NCBI GenBank assembly: GCA_016839555.1
Contig: JAEOUA010000010.1
Coordinates: 288,001 to 352,000, forward strand
Source: Promethearchaeota archaeon
Lineage (GTDB): Archaea > Asgardarchaeota > Lokiarchaeia > Sigyniarchaeales > SOKP01
DNA length: 64,000 nt
Direction of reading: 5' to 3'
The notes beneath the pieces are model-generated. The model searched no databases and was not told the origin of the DNA. It was given only the letters and a program-made list of their open reading frames with translations. The position numbers and the translations under genes were made by a program. Positions 39,074-49,228 of this stretch are shown here, piece by piece (within the stretch, counting starts at the first letter, position 1; every line of letters starts with the position of its first letter).

Positions 39074-39794
39074 TTTTCAATCACACACAATCTTTTAATT
39101 TTTAATATATATTTTGTATTGCTATATCTGAGTAATATAAATCAATTCCTTATTATAGAACACAATGTTATGTAGGAAAATATCTATGTATTATTTGTAT
39201 TTTTACAGGTGAAATCTTTTTTTATAATACTTATTTTTTAAAGTATATTTTTTAAAACCATCAAAATTATATTTAAATCATTAAGTAAAATAATTTCAAT
39301 TAATAAAACAAAAATTTTGATGGGGAGAAGTTAAAAATTTTTCCACTGCAAAATTATTATTTAAAAAACTAGAAAATTAAATAATTTTGTTAATTTAATT
39401 TTACTAACATATTGCTATGCAACTAGCTTCTTCCAAACTCAATTATTTTATTTTCCATAAGATTTTTTATTTATATTTTCCAAAATAAATAATTTATCTC
39501 AAAAAAAATGAAAGATGATATGGAAGGAGTGATCAATATAATTCAATTAAAATTTTTATGGCTAAACAATCCTTTATCTATTTTAATAGATATTCTGAAT
39601 TTGTTCAATAAGAAATCTTAAATTTAAATAAAAATGAACATTTTTTAGAAATCTAAACATTTAAATATGATACTCCTTCTTAATTTTTTCTCAACTAATA
39701 GTGTAATAATTAGATCACACAATAAGTAATAGAAATTTGTGAAATAAAATTTTTTCTAAGCATAATAGCTAGGATAAAATTTGTGGAGATTGAG

Positions 39795-39899
39795 ATGTTT
39801 CCTCACAGTTTATTAAGACAATCTCCGGAGAAAAAAATTGTTCGCGATACGGTATTGTCTTGGAAAGTTAGCGAATGGAAAAAAAACCGGTTTTTATGA
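39795..39899 (+). CDS. Unannotated 34-aa small protein
   Basis: GGAG 7-10 nt upstream of ATG; MFPHSLLRQSPEKKIVRDTVLSWKVSEWKKNRFL*; GC-richer than flanks; followed directly by a hairpin. Confidence 0.45.
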   Translation: MFPHSLLRQSPEKKIVRDTVLSWKVSEWKKNRFL

Positions 39900-39930
39900 A
39901 AGAGGGGTTGTGCTATGCAACCTCTCTTTC
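39898..39930. terminator. Strong RNA hairpin (13-bp stem with one G-U pair) between convergent genes
   Basis: GAAAGAGGGGTTG-tgctatg-CAACCTCTCTTTC; no long U-tract. Confidence 0.5.
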
Positions 39931-39970
39931 TAAATATATAAATTTTAAAAAAGTGATATAATATTAAAGT

Positions 39971-40492
39971 TTAAGTTTTGAATTCTTTTGCAAATTCCCA
40001 TACAGCATCTTGAATTGTATGAAAATTTTTAATAACTTTACCCTTTTTCATTTCTTCCATCATATTAGCATCATATAAAGCACTCCCAACTGCGAGTATA
40101 CGATCATTTTTTTCATCTGAAATGCGGATGATATCTCCTTTTTTAATATCTGGATCAATTTGAGTAATTCCAGGCCTCATTATATCTGCCCCATTAGTTA
40201 CATAAGGAACTGCCCCCATATCAACCACCACTGTTTTTAATCCAATTCTATTATCTAATAATAAAGTGAGCACAGGAATATAATTCTCTTTAGATTTCCA
40301 TAATGTTAATTTGTCATTCACAGCGTATAATTTATCATCGTCTGCCGTAATTATTATTTCAATTTTGGAATTATCTGGAATAAGTTGACGAACAATGGCA
40401 TCATCATAGTACTTTTTTAATTCTTCTTTTAAGTCTTTCAACTGATCTTGTCGAATAAAATGTCTGTGCTTAATATTATCTTTAATATTCAT
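39971..40492 (-). CDS. DUF1947-PUA RNA-binding protein (MCT-1/Tma20-like)
   Basis: VVVDMGAVPYVTNGADIMRPGI..GKVIKNFHTIQD.VW. Confidence 0.88.
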   Translation of the reverse strand: MNIKDNIKHRHFIRQDQLKDLKEELKKYYDDAIVRQLIPDNSKIEIIITADDDKLYAVNDKLTLWKSKENYIPVLTLLLDNRIGLKTVVVDMGAVPYVTNGADIMRPGITQIDPDIKKGDIIRISDEKNDRILAVGSALYDANMMEEMKKGKVIKNFHTIQDAVWEFAKEFKT

Positions 40493-40573
40493 TTTCTAAC
40501 TAATAATAACTCTTGTTAACATAAAAATCTTTTAATCATCCTTAATTATTATATTTGAGAAATAATTAAACCT

Positions 40574-41113
40574 ATGAATAAAACAGTCGCTTCTGCTTGT
40601 GTTATTATCCCACCTGAAGAAATATGGGAGCCCATTCAGAAAATCAGAAGAACATATGATAGTAAAATCCATCGATGGATGCCGCATATTAATCTCTTTT
40701 ATCCTTTTGCTCCCATGCAAGAATATGATAAAATATTTAAAAAATTTGAAAATAAGTGCAAAACAATAAAGGTATTTACTATATCTCTCAAACAATTTAA
40801 ATATTTCCAGCATAGATATCAAAACCATACCATCTGGCTTGATCCAGAACCAAATGAGTTGATTATCGATCTTCAAAGAGAATTATTAAAACTTGTTCCT
40901 GAATATAATGATGTTAATAAATTTTCACGAGGATTTCGACCTCATTTAAGTATAGGACAATTTACCACTTATAAAATTTATGATTTTATTGCTCAATTAC
41001 AAAAAAATTGGGAAGTTTTGACATTTCAAGTTAATCAGATTTATTTTATTAGTCATGAAAATGTTAAAGATTCTGCTTTTAAAATAATAAAAAAACTCAA
41101 ATTAAATCAATAA
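40574..41113 (+). CDS. 2H phosphoesterase (2'-5' RNA ligase family)
   Basis: Two Hx(S/T/N) motifs: WMPHINLFYPF and FRPHLSIGQF. Confidence 0.85.
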   Translation: MNKTVASACVIIPPEEIWEPIQKIRRTYDSKIHRWMPHINLFYPFAPMQEYDKIFKKFENKCKTIKVFTISLKQFKYFQHRYQNHTIWLDPEPNELIIDLQRELLKLVPEYNDVNKFSRGFRPHLSIGQFTTYKIYDFIAQLQKNWEVLTFQVNQIYFISHENVKDSAFKIIKKLKLNQ

Positions 41114-41238
41114 ACATTTCCTTCGGTTTATCTCGAAATAAATATTTCAAACAAATAAATAAATAAACTAAATGTATTATACTAGTATAAGAATATAATT
41201 ATTCTACTATCATTATATACTTAAAAATAAGAAGAAAT

Positions 41239-41838
41239 ATGCCGGAAAATAACGCTAATATTATTGACGATAAGGAAAAGATTATATTTAAGGGAAAGAC
41301 TGAGCTAATAACAAAGATTATCGTGATCGGGGATCCTGCTGTAGGTAAGACCTCTTTATTAACGAAATTTACCTCAAATAAATTCGAAAAAAAATATCTT
41401 CCCACCGTCGGAGTAAATATCGTAAAGGAGCCTGTGGAGGTACAAGATAGGAAGGGAAAAAATGCTTTGGTAAACATTATGTTCTGGGATATTGCCGGAC
41501 AGCCCCAATTCTATATGCTTCATAAGCCTTATTTCAAAGGGGCGGATGCTATGATTCTTGTATTTGATGTGACGCGCAGTAGTACGTTTTCAAACGTAAA
41601 GAATTGGCACAATACAGCCATCAAATATGGACTTAGTGGAATCCCAAAAATACTTATCGCAAATAAGATAGATCTCGAAAAAAAGATAAAAATCATTGTA
41701 CCTATGATTCAACACCTTGCAGATGAATTAAATTGCCCCTATTTTGAAACATCCGCTTTAACTGGCAAAAATGTAAAGCCTCTTTTTGAAAGTCTAGCAA
41801 GAAAGCTTTTAGAATTTAAACAAAGAACAAGTAAATAA
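41239..41838 (+). CDS. Rab-like small GTPase
   Basis: GDPAVGKT, PTVGV, WDIAGQ, NKID, ETSAL; no C-terminal prenylation Cys. Confidence 0.92.
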   Translation: MPENNANIIDDKEKIIFKGKTELITKIIVIGDPAVGKTSLLTKFTSNKFEKKYLPTVGVNIVKEPVEVQDRKGKNALVNIMFWDIAGQPQFYMLHKPYFKGADAMILVFDVTRSSTFSNVKNWHNTAIKYGLSGIPKILIANKIDLEKKIKIIVPMIQHLADELNCPYFETSALTGKNVKPLFESLARKLLEFKQRTSK

Positions 41839-41857
41839 TTATTTTTTATTCTTTTCA

Positions 41858-42454
41858 TTATATTTTTTTATTCCAATAAGATAATTTTGCTATAATGATA
41901 TCTTTTATTGGAACTGTAATAATTCGTTCATTTTTAATTTTTTTGATAATTTGAGAAATTTCATAAAGAATTTTATTTCCTCCGGTATATTCGAAAATCT
42001 CTTCTTGAAGATTATTTAAGTCTTTAATTAGGATTTTATAATCAGAAATATTATCTATTTTTCGCTCCAAATCACAAATATGATTGGAAATTAGAGTCTT
42101 TTTATTTTCTTTTTCAATTTTCTCATTATTTTTGGTATTTAAGTCGACGATTGATTCTTTATTTATATGTCGATATGTCAGGGAGCGTAATAAATGAATC
42201 TCTCTTTCTAATGAGTTTTGGTTTTCAATTATATTATTTAATTTAGGAGCTAAAGATTTAATATCAAGGATAGCCTTATCTAATTCTTTCACTGTATCTG
42301 AAAGTTTCTTCAGATTAAATGACATATTGCCCAGCTTAGTGATAATGTCCATTCCGAATCTCTCTAATATCGATGCTAATTTGTCTATTTTTTCATTAAA
42401 ATCTTGAAGCTGGTGTTCGATTTTTTCATTGCTCGTGCTATTTTTTTCCGTCAT
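41858..42454 (-). CDS. Coiled-coil protein with a C-terminal helical domain shared with 6631-8478
   Basis: Heptad pattern over roughly aa 10-90; C-terminal EIFEYTGGNKILYEI..W.KKI. Confidence 0.7.
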   Translation of the reverse strand: MTEKNSTSNEKIEHQLQDFNEKIDKLASILERFGMDIITKLGNMSFNLKKLSDTVKELDKAILDIKSLAPKLNNIIENQNSLEREIHLLRSLTYRHINKESIVDLNTKNNEKIEKENKKTLISNHICDLERKIDNISDYKILIKDLNNLQEEIFEYTGGNKILYEISQIIKKIKNERIITVPIKDIIIAKLSYWNKKI

Positions 42455-42600
42455 AAAGGATCGATTTCCAATAAAGTTAGTATATAGTAAATACTTAAAA
42501 TTATTAAAAAGATTTTTTTTTGTATTATATAATAAATATATATAATTTTTGCATATAAATTCGAGTTTTAGACTTAGTTTAAGAAAATTTCATCCAAAAA

Positions 42601-43509
42601 ATGATTCAGTATATTAATATTTTTACTAAGGATTCTGGCAAGTCACTTTTATTTAGAAATTATGGTGAATCCGAGGTAGATAGAGATCTCTTAGCGGGCT
42701 TCTTATCGGCGTTCTCCGGATTCATTAAAGAGATAAGTCAATCCGATATAAAAAGCACTTCTACCGAAGAATATAAATATTATTACACAATTTTCGACGA
42801 AATTATTATTGTCGTCTGTACAGATTTAGAAGATGAAGATAGCGTAGTAAATCCAAAATTAAACACTATTAGAGCGAGATTTGTTGAAAAATATGGAAAA
42901 CTTATTAAAAATGGAAGCTGGAATGGCAACCGCAATTTATTTCTTGATTTTGAAAAAGAAATGGATAATACTATTCTTGAGGCTCTCAAAATTTCTATTA
43001 TTGGGTTAGGACAGGTGGGAAAGACCACTCTTTTGCATCTAATTTGTGGAAAGGAAATAGATTTAGAATATATACCCACTGTAACGGCAGACATTACTTC
43101 TTATAATGGTAAAGGACTAAAAACCAACAGGAAGATTGTACTTTGGGATTTTGCTGGCCAATCTCAATATCATAGCCTTTGGAATAAACTTTTAGAAGGG
43201 ACGGATATTGCACTATTGGTAACGGATTCTTCCTTCGAAAATTTAAACGCCACAAAAAAAGTTATTCAAACTATTTTAAATAGATATAACAAAGATACCT
43301 TGATAATAGGAATAGCAAATAAGCAAGATTTACCTAATGCCTTGACACCTGAATTTTGCGAGAAAATTCTCTCCGAAGAGGATCGTCTAATAAAAACTTA
43401 CGGGATGATTGCAATAAATCAAAATTACAAAGAGAAAATTTATGGGATTCTAAATAAAGCTATTGATAAATTAGAAGAAAAAAAAACAAAAAGAGAAAAA
43501 CCAGGTTAG
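42601..43509 (+). CDS. Longin-like domain fused to an Arf/Rab-like small GTPase
   Basis: N-terminal INIFTKDSGKSLLFRNY..DLLAGFLSAFSGF (longin); GLGQVGKT, PTV, WDFAGQ, NKQD. Confidence 0.85.
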   Translation: MIQYINIFTKDSGKSLLFRNYGESEVDRDLLAGFLSAFSGFIKEISQSDIKSTSTEEYKYYYTIFDEIIIVVCTDLEDEDSVVNPKLNTIRARFVEKYGKLIKNGSWNGNRNLFLDFEKEMDNTILEALKISIIGLGQVGKTTLLHLICGKEIDLEYIPTVTADITSYNGKGLKTNRKIVLWDFAGQSQYHSLWNKLLEGTDIALLVTDSSFENLNATKKVIQTILNRYNKDTLIIGIANKQDLPNALTPEFCEKILSEEDRLIKTYGMIAINQNYKEKIYGILNKAIDKLEEKKTKREKPG

Positions 43510-43604
43510 TACTTAGAATCAATCTTCAATTGTTAAAAAACTTCATTTGAGAATTTTTTTTAAATCAGTAAATCCTTTAATTTTTGATGTTTTATTTCCT
43601 ATAG

Positions 43605-45380
43605 GTGAAAAATTTGGAAAGTTCTAATAATATTACATTTGAAGTTGAGGAAATAGACTTAAAAAAAGAAGATGCAACAACCAACCTTTTAATTCTCCCA
43701 GAACTTACAGAGGTTGAAAAAGAGATTCTAGATCCCCTTATTGCACCTACCTCAGGTCTAAGAATTCAATTTTATGATATAGAAGATTCGGATGGTTCAA
43801 AAAAATACATTTTAAAAAAGAGAACATTATATCTATATCTTCGTTTTTTCAAGGCAATAAGTAATAAATTTAAAGAAATAACTTACGAAGAGAATCCAAA
43901 AATTTTAATTTTTACAGATGATCGGCCAAGCAAAGATATTCTATTAACCTATTCATCACAAATTTTTGCTTATGATGGATATCAAATTATTTTGCAAGAA
44001 GATGAAAAGCAAAAATCACGTGTTTCTTCCCCCTATGGGGCAGCTTCAATTGCTCTATATGATGATGTTGATTTGGCTATTATAATTACTGCAAGCCATA
44101 ATGAATTAACGTGGAATGGTATTAAATTTTATATTAAATATCCAATTCCAATCTCTGGCAAAATTTTTAAGGATATCTCAACTATCGCCTTAAACCTTAA
44201 TGAAATCAAATTTAAAACCGACTTTTTTCCAGAAATACGAAATGTAATACAAAAAAATAATGATTATATTATAGAACTTCTATCTAAAATCATTGAAATT
44301 CATAGTTTAAAGGGTAAGGATTTAATAGTATGGCCCTATTTAGGAAAAGCGAGAGGAATTATAGAGCTTTTTGAAAGATTGGGGGCGAAAGTACATTTAA
44401 TAGATGAGCCAATCGATCCTCCTAACCCGATTATAATTGTAAAAGAAGAAAAATTACAAGAAGTAATGAATATTTACAATTCTAATATTGCTCTCTTACT
44501 TGATGCCGATAGGGATAGAATTGCTCTTTATGTAAGAGAAAATGGAAAATTTTCTTATTATATTCCTAATGAGATTTATTCTGCTATGCATAATATTTTG
44601 GCAAAAGAATATAACAAAAATGTGTTAAATGTAAGAACAATTCCGTCAGATCTGCGTGCTGATGAAGCCAGTTTTTTAAATGTTCTCACAGGAGTGGGAT
44701 ATAAACATTTAGGGATTATCCTCTATTTTCTTTTAGATATAGATGTAGAGCAATCTAAGATTGAAACTGGGATATTATATATGAAAGAAGAGGATGGAAA
44801 ATTAACTCAAATTAAAACACCTTTACCCTTAAAACAAAAAATCATTAATGAAATGAAAAAAAGGAACCTCAAAAATATAAGTTTAATATTTGTAATGTGG
44901 GAGGAGTCTGGCGGACACACCGTTACTTTAATAAATGTTAATAAAGATGAAGAATCTGGAGATTATAAATTTAATACAGAACTCCCTGTAATTGCAGATA
45001 AATATCCCGTTCCAGCCTTAGTCATTATAACTGAATTACTTTATCGCGGACATATAATTTCAGAATCAATTGATTGGTCAATAAAAGGGATTAATCAAAC
45101 CATTGAAGCAACAGATAAAGAAAAAGTAAGGATTATGAAAAATTTTCAAGCAGAAGATGGAAAAGAGATTGAAATAGGAGAAAAAAAATATCATATTACT
45201 GGTCTATATAATAACCGAGGAAAAATCAAAATTTACCAATTGAAATCGAGTGATTCGACACTGTATTTTCGTCCTTCTGGCACCGGACCATCAATTAGAT
45301 TCTATATTTTTGGAGATAGAGATACATATTTAGAAGAAATAAAAAGAGTAAAAAAATATGTTAAAAAAGAATATATTTAA
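43605..45380 (+). CDS. Divergent alpha-D-phosphohexomutase (PGM/PMM family)
   Basis: ITASHN phosphoserine loop, DADRDR metal loop, WEESGG, FRPSGT. Confidence 0.82.
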   Translation: MKNLESSNNITFEVEEIDLKKEDATTNLLILPELTEVEKEILDPLIAPTSGLRIQFYDIEDSDGSKKYILKKRTLYLYLRFFKAISNKFKEITYEENPKILIFTDDRPSKDILLTYSSQIFAYDGYQIILQEDEKQKSRVSSPYGAASIALYDDVDLAIIITASHNELTWNGIKFYIKYPIPISGKIFKDISTIALNLNEIKFKTDFFPEIRNVIQKNNDYIIELLSKIIEIHSLKGKDLIVWPYLGKARGIIELFERLGAKVHLIDEPIDPPNPIIIVKEEKLQEVMNIYNSNIALLLDADRDRIALYVRENGKFSYYIPNEIYSAMHNILAKEYNKNVLNVRTIPSDLRADEASFLNVLTGVGYKHLGIILYFLLDIDVEQSKIETGILYMKEEDGKLTQIKTPLPLKQKIINEMKKRNLKNISLIFVMWEESGGHTVTLINVNKDEESGDYKFNTELPVIADKYPVPALVIITELLYRGHIISESIDWSIKGINQTIEATDKEKVRIMKNFQAEDGKEIEIGEKKYHITGLYNNRGKIKIYQLKSSDSTLYFRPSGTGPSIRFYIFGDRDTYLEEIKRVKKYVKKEYI

Positions 45381-45512
45381 AAGAGAGAAACCTCATAAAT
45401 TCAAAATTTAAACCTAAGATTATTTTACCATCTTTTTTTATTTATTTCTTATTTATATACTTATTAGTCTTTTCAAAGATAATTTAAAAATATAAAAAAT
45501 AGAGAAATAAAA

Positions 45513-46769
45513 ATGCAAGAAAAGATAATTAGGGATAAGATTCTTGAATACATGACATTAGAAAATGTGTTTAAAATTGTAAATGATAATATTTTTCCGC
45601 TGTTAAATGAAGAAGAAAAAGATTTTTGTCATGAACTTCAAGAATTTTGTATCGAACTTCATCCAAAAATAGACAAAAACAAAGATGTATATGTGCTCTT
45701 TCCTGAATTAGGAAAGCGTGGATATATACAAAGAATTAATCTTTGGCGCGATTTTAAGCCATATGGAATGAAAGCAGAAGTATTATTAGCCACTCATTTA
45801 AGTTGCCTTGATAGTCAATTAGAGTTAGCCAGGTTAGCCAGCGGGATTTTATGTGGTAATCCAACCTTTCAACATGGAGAGACAGAAGAGATTTTCAAAG
45901 TTCAAAATGAATTGATGGAAGGAAAGAAAATTGGTTGCATAGGAATTACTGAACGAGATAGAGGTTCTGATGCAGTAAATATACTTTCAACTTGTAGGAA
46001 ATCTGAAGATAAAAGTCATGTGATCTATAATGCAGAAAAGATTTTTACCACAAACGGTCCAAAAGCAGATTATTTCGCTACTTATGCTGTTTATAATACC
46101 GCAAATCCAAGGGGAACGATGGTTCAAGCAATGGTTTCACGTGATTTCAAAGGTGAACTTATTACAAACCGGTTAAAAATACCTTATGTACCTCGTGTAC
46201 ATATTGCACATACTATTATGAATGAAGTCGAAATTCCCATAGAATATATTCTTGGTGATAATGGAAAAGGATATACGAATTTATTTGACGGCCTTGTTCC
46301 TGAAAGATTGGGAATTATGGGTTCTGGTTTGGGAATTTGTTGGGCTACCCTAGCTTATGCGATTATATATTCAAATCTGAGAGAACAATTTGGGCGTAAG
46401 ATTATAGATTTCCAAGGGGTCGGCTTTTCTTTAGCTGATTTGTTGGCTCGAACTTCAGCAGCAACGACTCTAGCATTTCAAGCAGCATCCGAATATGATA
46501 AAAACATTCTCTTTGCGGAACATCCGAGTAAAGAAGCTGAAAAGTGGATTGCTGGAATTAGTTCTCAAGGAAAATACTTGGTTTCAAACCTCAGTGCCGA
46601 TCTTACTTATACAGTACAACAACAAATGGGAGGAATTTCAGTTACAGATAATACTGATGTGCAAGAACTCTCATCTACCTCATACATAGAGGAGGTAATT
46701 GGCGGTGCAAGAAACATTCAGCTTCTGATTATTCAAAATGCTTTAAGAAGAATAGGAAAGATTTTATAA
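45513..46769 (+). CDS. Acyl-CoA dehydrogenase family protein
   Basis: GITERDRGSD, KIFTTNG, REQFG..FQGV, QQMGG. Confidence 0.85.
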   Translation: MQEKIIRDKILEYMTLENVFKIVNDNIFPLLNEEEKDFCHELQEFCIELHPKIDKNKDVYVLFPELGKRGYIQRINLWRDFKPYGMKAEVLLATHLSCLDSQLELARLASGILCGNPTFQHGETEEIFKVQNELMEGKKIGCIGITERDRGSDAVNILSTCRKSEDKSHVIYNAEKIFTTNGPKADYFATYAVYNTANPRGTMVQAMVSRDFKGELITNRLKIPYVPRVHIAHTIMNEVEIPIEYILGDNGKGYTNLFDGLVPERLGIMGSGLGICWATLAYAIIYSNLREQFGRKIIDFQGVGFSLADLLARTSAATTLAFQAASEYDKNILFAEHPSKEAEKWIAGISSQGKYLVSNLSADLTYTVQQQMGGISVTDNTDVQELSSTSYIEEVIGGARNIQLLIIQNALRRIGKIL

Positions 46770-46790
46770 AAAAATAAAGGTGAGAAAAAA

Positions 46791-47135
46791 ATGTCGAAAG
46801 AAAAAAAAGAAGGAATTGGTCTACCAGAAGTTAAATACATTGCCTCTGTCGGAAAATGCCCTAACTGCGGGTCTACCAGTGTAAGATTTAAACTTCCATT
46901 GGAATGTTATTTAGAAACAAAAGATTTAAAATTAGAGAAAGTTGTCCTTGATTTCTCTAATCCTCATTATTGGTTAAAGACCACTACAACACACTGTGCA
47001 GAATGTGGCTATGAGTTTCATTTAAGAGATAATGTAGATGATTTCTATAAAGGACTTCAAGAAATGAGGGAAAAAGAGGGAGACATGCCTAATAAATGGT
47101 ATTACCAATTCGATGAGTATAAGATAGAAGATTAA
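46791..47135 (+). CDS. Small CxxC..CxxC metal-binding protein co-transcribed with the ACAD
   Basis: CPNCG and CAECG; GGTGA Shine-Dalgarno-like motif; 21-bp gap. Confidence 0.75.
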   Translation: MSKEKKEGIGLPEVKYIASVGKCPNCGSTSVRFKLPLECYLETKDLKLEKVVLDFSNPHYWLKTTTTHCAECGYEFHLRDNVDDFYKGLQEMREKEGDMPNKWYYQFDEYKIED

Positions 47136-47258
47136 AAACTATATCTTTTATTTTCTTATTTTTTTGTTTGAAAATTTTAATTATTTGAGAAATTTATATC
47201 CTCATCATTATTACATGATGAAAAATAGAAAAAACATTAAAACATAGAAGATTTATTA

Positions 47259-48113
47259 TTATTTCTTCATTTTAACTGGAATATCCTCTTTTAATAGTTC
47301 ATTTAATCCATAACCAGAATTCACCAACTCATAAATTTCAGTAAGAAATCTTGTCATATTGCCTCCTTGAACGATATCATGGTCAAGAGTTATTGTTACA
47401 TTTAATACATCTCTTTCAACAATTTCTCCATTTTCGATTTTTAATTTTCTATCTAAACATCCTAAGGCAAATTGGAGAGGCCATGGTTGTATTGGAATTG
47501 GTGTTCCTATTGTTCTTATGTTTTTTGTTAACATCCCTACGGCAGTAACACACATTGTTCCAATCCTCTTTTTCATTAAATTAGGTTTTTTTAACATTCT
47601 TTTAAATACTATTTTTCTTATAAATCTGGGGAAAGAGCTAAACATTGTTTGTAGCTTTTTTCTTTTCGATCCTTTTCTCACCAATCCTTCTATAGGTTCT
47701 GATTGTACTTCTCGGATTTCATTATGAATCTCAAGAATGGATTTACGGTTAGCATAACGAATAATATGGCTTGTTGGAACTTTTTCACCATTTTCTAATT
47801 CTCTTTCAATTATAATATGCACATCTATATCATTAAAAATGTACTTTTTAAGACCCACTCTAAGAGCATGAACGTCCTTATGTTTCTCGATAACTCGAGA
47901 GATAACAAAAATCAAATAACCAGTCAATGAGATTTTTTCACCATGAATCTCTGCGTACTTTTCAATTGCTTTTAATACATAATCTATTTCAACTTGGGCA
48001 ATCACATGAATATGATGTTGTTTTAAACTCACATCCAACATATCAAAAATTAATCGATGAGATTTTGGAATCCTTTTCACTATATAATCTTCATTTTTTT
48101 GAAGTTTTTTCAT
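47259..48113 (-). CDS. Stand-alone 2-oxoacid dehydrogenase E2-like acyltransferase catalytic domain
   Basis: IRYANRKSILEIHNEI, GTMCVTAVG, TITLDHDIVQG; no lipoyl domain. Confidence 0.8.
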   Translation of the reverse strand: MKKLQKNEDYIVKRIPKSHRLIFDMLDVSLKQHHIHVIAQVEIDYVLKAIEKYAEIHGEKISLTGYLIFVISRVIEKHKDVHALRVGLKKYIFNDIDVHIIIERELENGEKVPTSHIIRYANRKSILEIHNEIREVQSEPIEGLVRKGSKRKKLQTMFSSFPRFIRKIVFKRMLKKPNLMKKRIGTMCVTAVGMLTKNIRTIGTPIPIQPWPLQFALGCLDRKLKIENGEIVERDVLNVTITLDHDIVQGGNMTRFLTEIYELVNSGYGLNELLKEDIPVKMKK

Positions 48114-48375
48114 TTTTGTTTTATAAAAGCTTTTTATTTGTTCTATTAAAACTTTAAATTATTAAAACTTTAAAGCTTTCTTAAAAAATTAAATATATAT
48201 TCAATATTATTGCTTATATTCATTAAAATTTATATTATTGTAAGCAATATAAAAATTATTTTAATTTAATAAAATTCCACATAAAGCACAAGTTATTACT
48301 CTTTTTTCTCTGATACAAGAAAAATACTTTTATTTTAATCCTAATAAGAAATAAATTAAATTTTTTCCCGCTATA

Positions 48376-49125
48376 TTATAAATAATTTTCCAATGAGGAT
48401 TTATTAGAATTTTTATCTTTTTTCTTGTTTCCTATTATTAAATCCTTATTCTCCTCTAAGAATTTCCAACTAAATCCTTTTAGCGAATCCAATGGGCCTT
48501 TAATGCCTTTAGGATTACCTGAACTTGTATAAAGGATTTTAGTAAATTTAATAGCTTCAAAAACCTTAAAAGGGGTCTCAAATTTTTCAATCAATTGTTC
48601 AGCTTTTCTGGGGCCAACATTTAATAACCCTTCAAGAATAAAGCATCTTCTCTGAAAAATATCCATATTTTTAGGCGCTGTTCTACTTAATACCGGCATT
48701 TCATCTTTAATTTGCTCGCGATATGCCACTCTTTCCACGACAATTGCAGTATCTTCTATATTACGAGTGGGGATTACGGCAATTTCTAATTTATAAGAAA
48801 TAAACGCTAAAGCTCCATATATCGATTTAATATTCATTCCGGTATTTTCAAACACATCATCCTTTAATCCCTCTAATATTAGAATTGGTTTGGGATAGGT
48901 TTCTTTCATCCTAAGCAATTGTTCAAAAAGGCGATTATCCATTAAGGAGGTGATAAAATCAGAACCTTCTTTTCTTTCAATTGCCACATTTTTTGAGACA
49001 ATAATATCTCCTATATCTAACTGTTCCATATCGTATTCTATTAATTTATGATTTTTATCAATAATTTTCATTAATTTCTGTTCGCGATTATCCAAAATTA
49101 TATATAATTTTTCGTCTTTATTCAT
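48376..49125 (-). CDS. xpf: Short XPF/ERCC4 structure-specific endonuclease (nuclease + HhH)
   Basis: LDNRE, GDIIV, IERKEGSDF, ILEG; GLLNVGPRKA HhH motif. Confidence 0.85.
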   Translation of the reverse strand: MNKDEKLYIILDNREQKLMKIIDKNHKLIEYDMEQLDIGDIIVSKNVAIERKEGSDFITSLMDNRLFEQLLRMKETYPKPILILEGLKDDVFENTGMNIKSIYGALAFISYKLEIAVIPTRNIEDTAIVVERVAYREQIKDEMPVLSRTAPKNMDIFQRRCFILEGLLNVGPRKAEQLIEKFETPFKVFEAIKFTKILYTSSGNPKGIKGPLDSLKGFSWKFLEENKDLIIGNKKKDKNSNKSSLENYL

Positions 49126-49228
49126 AATGAAACAGCTCTTCTTATATTTTCTAAATATTCTTTATTAAATCTATATTCAATAATTTTTATTGCTTAATAT
49201 ATTTTAAAAAAAATAAAAAAAATTAAGT

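Noticed and set aside
39203-39352. Two inverted mini-ORB-like motifs (TTACAGGTGAAAT and reverse-strand TTGCAGTGGAAA) around an AT-rich stretch, suggesting a replication origin
   Set aside because: Only two loose matches, no correctly placed G-string, no orc1/cdc6 gene nearby, and all intergenic DNA here is equally AT-rich. Skew or marker-frequency data would be needed.
39508-39621. 37-codon ORF MKDDMEGVINIIQ...
   Set aside because: No distinctive composition or flanking signals; indistinguishable from a chance ORF.
39895-39935. Hairpin as a SECIS element or UGA read-through signal (ATGA precedes the stem)
   Set aside because: There is no GA on the 3' side to form the kink-turn core and no apical AA. 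Read-through would add only 13 residues with no UxxC motif.
48144-48249. 15-bp tandem repeat TATTAAAACTTTAAA and the TATTGCTTA/TAAGCAATA inverted pair
   Set aside because: Nearly pure A/T or widely spaced; plausible by chance in this background.
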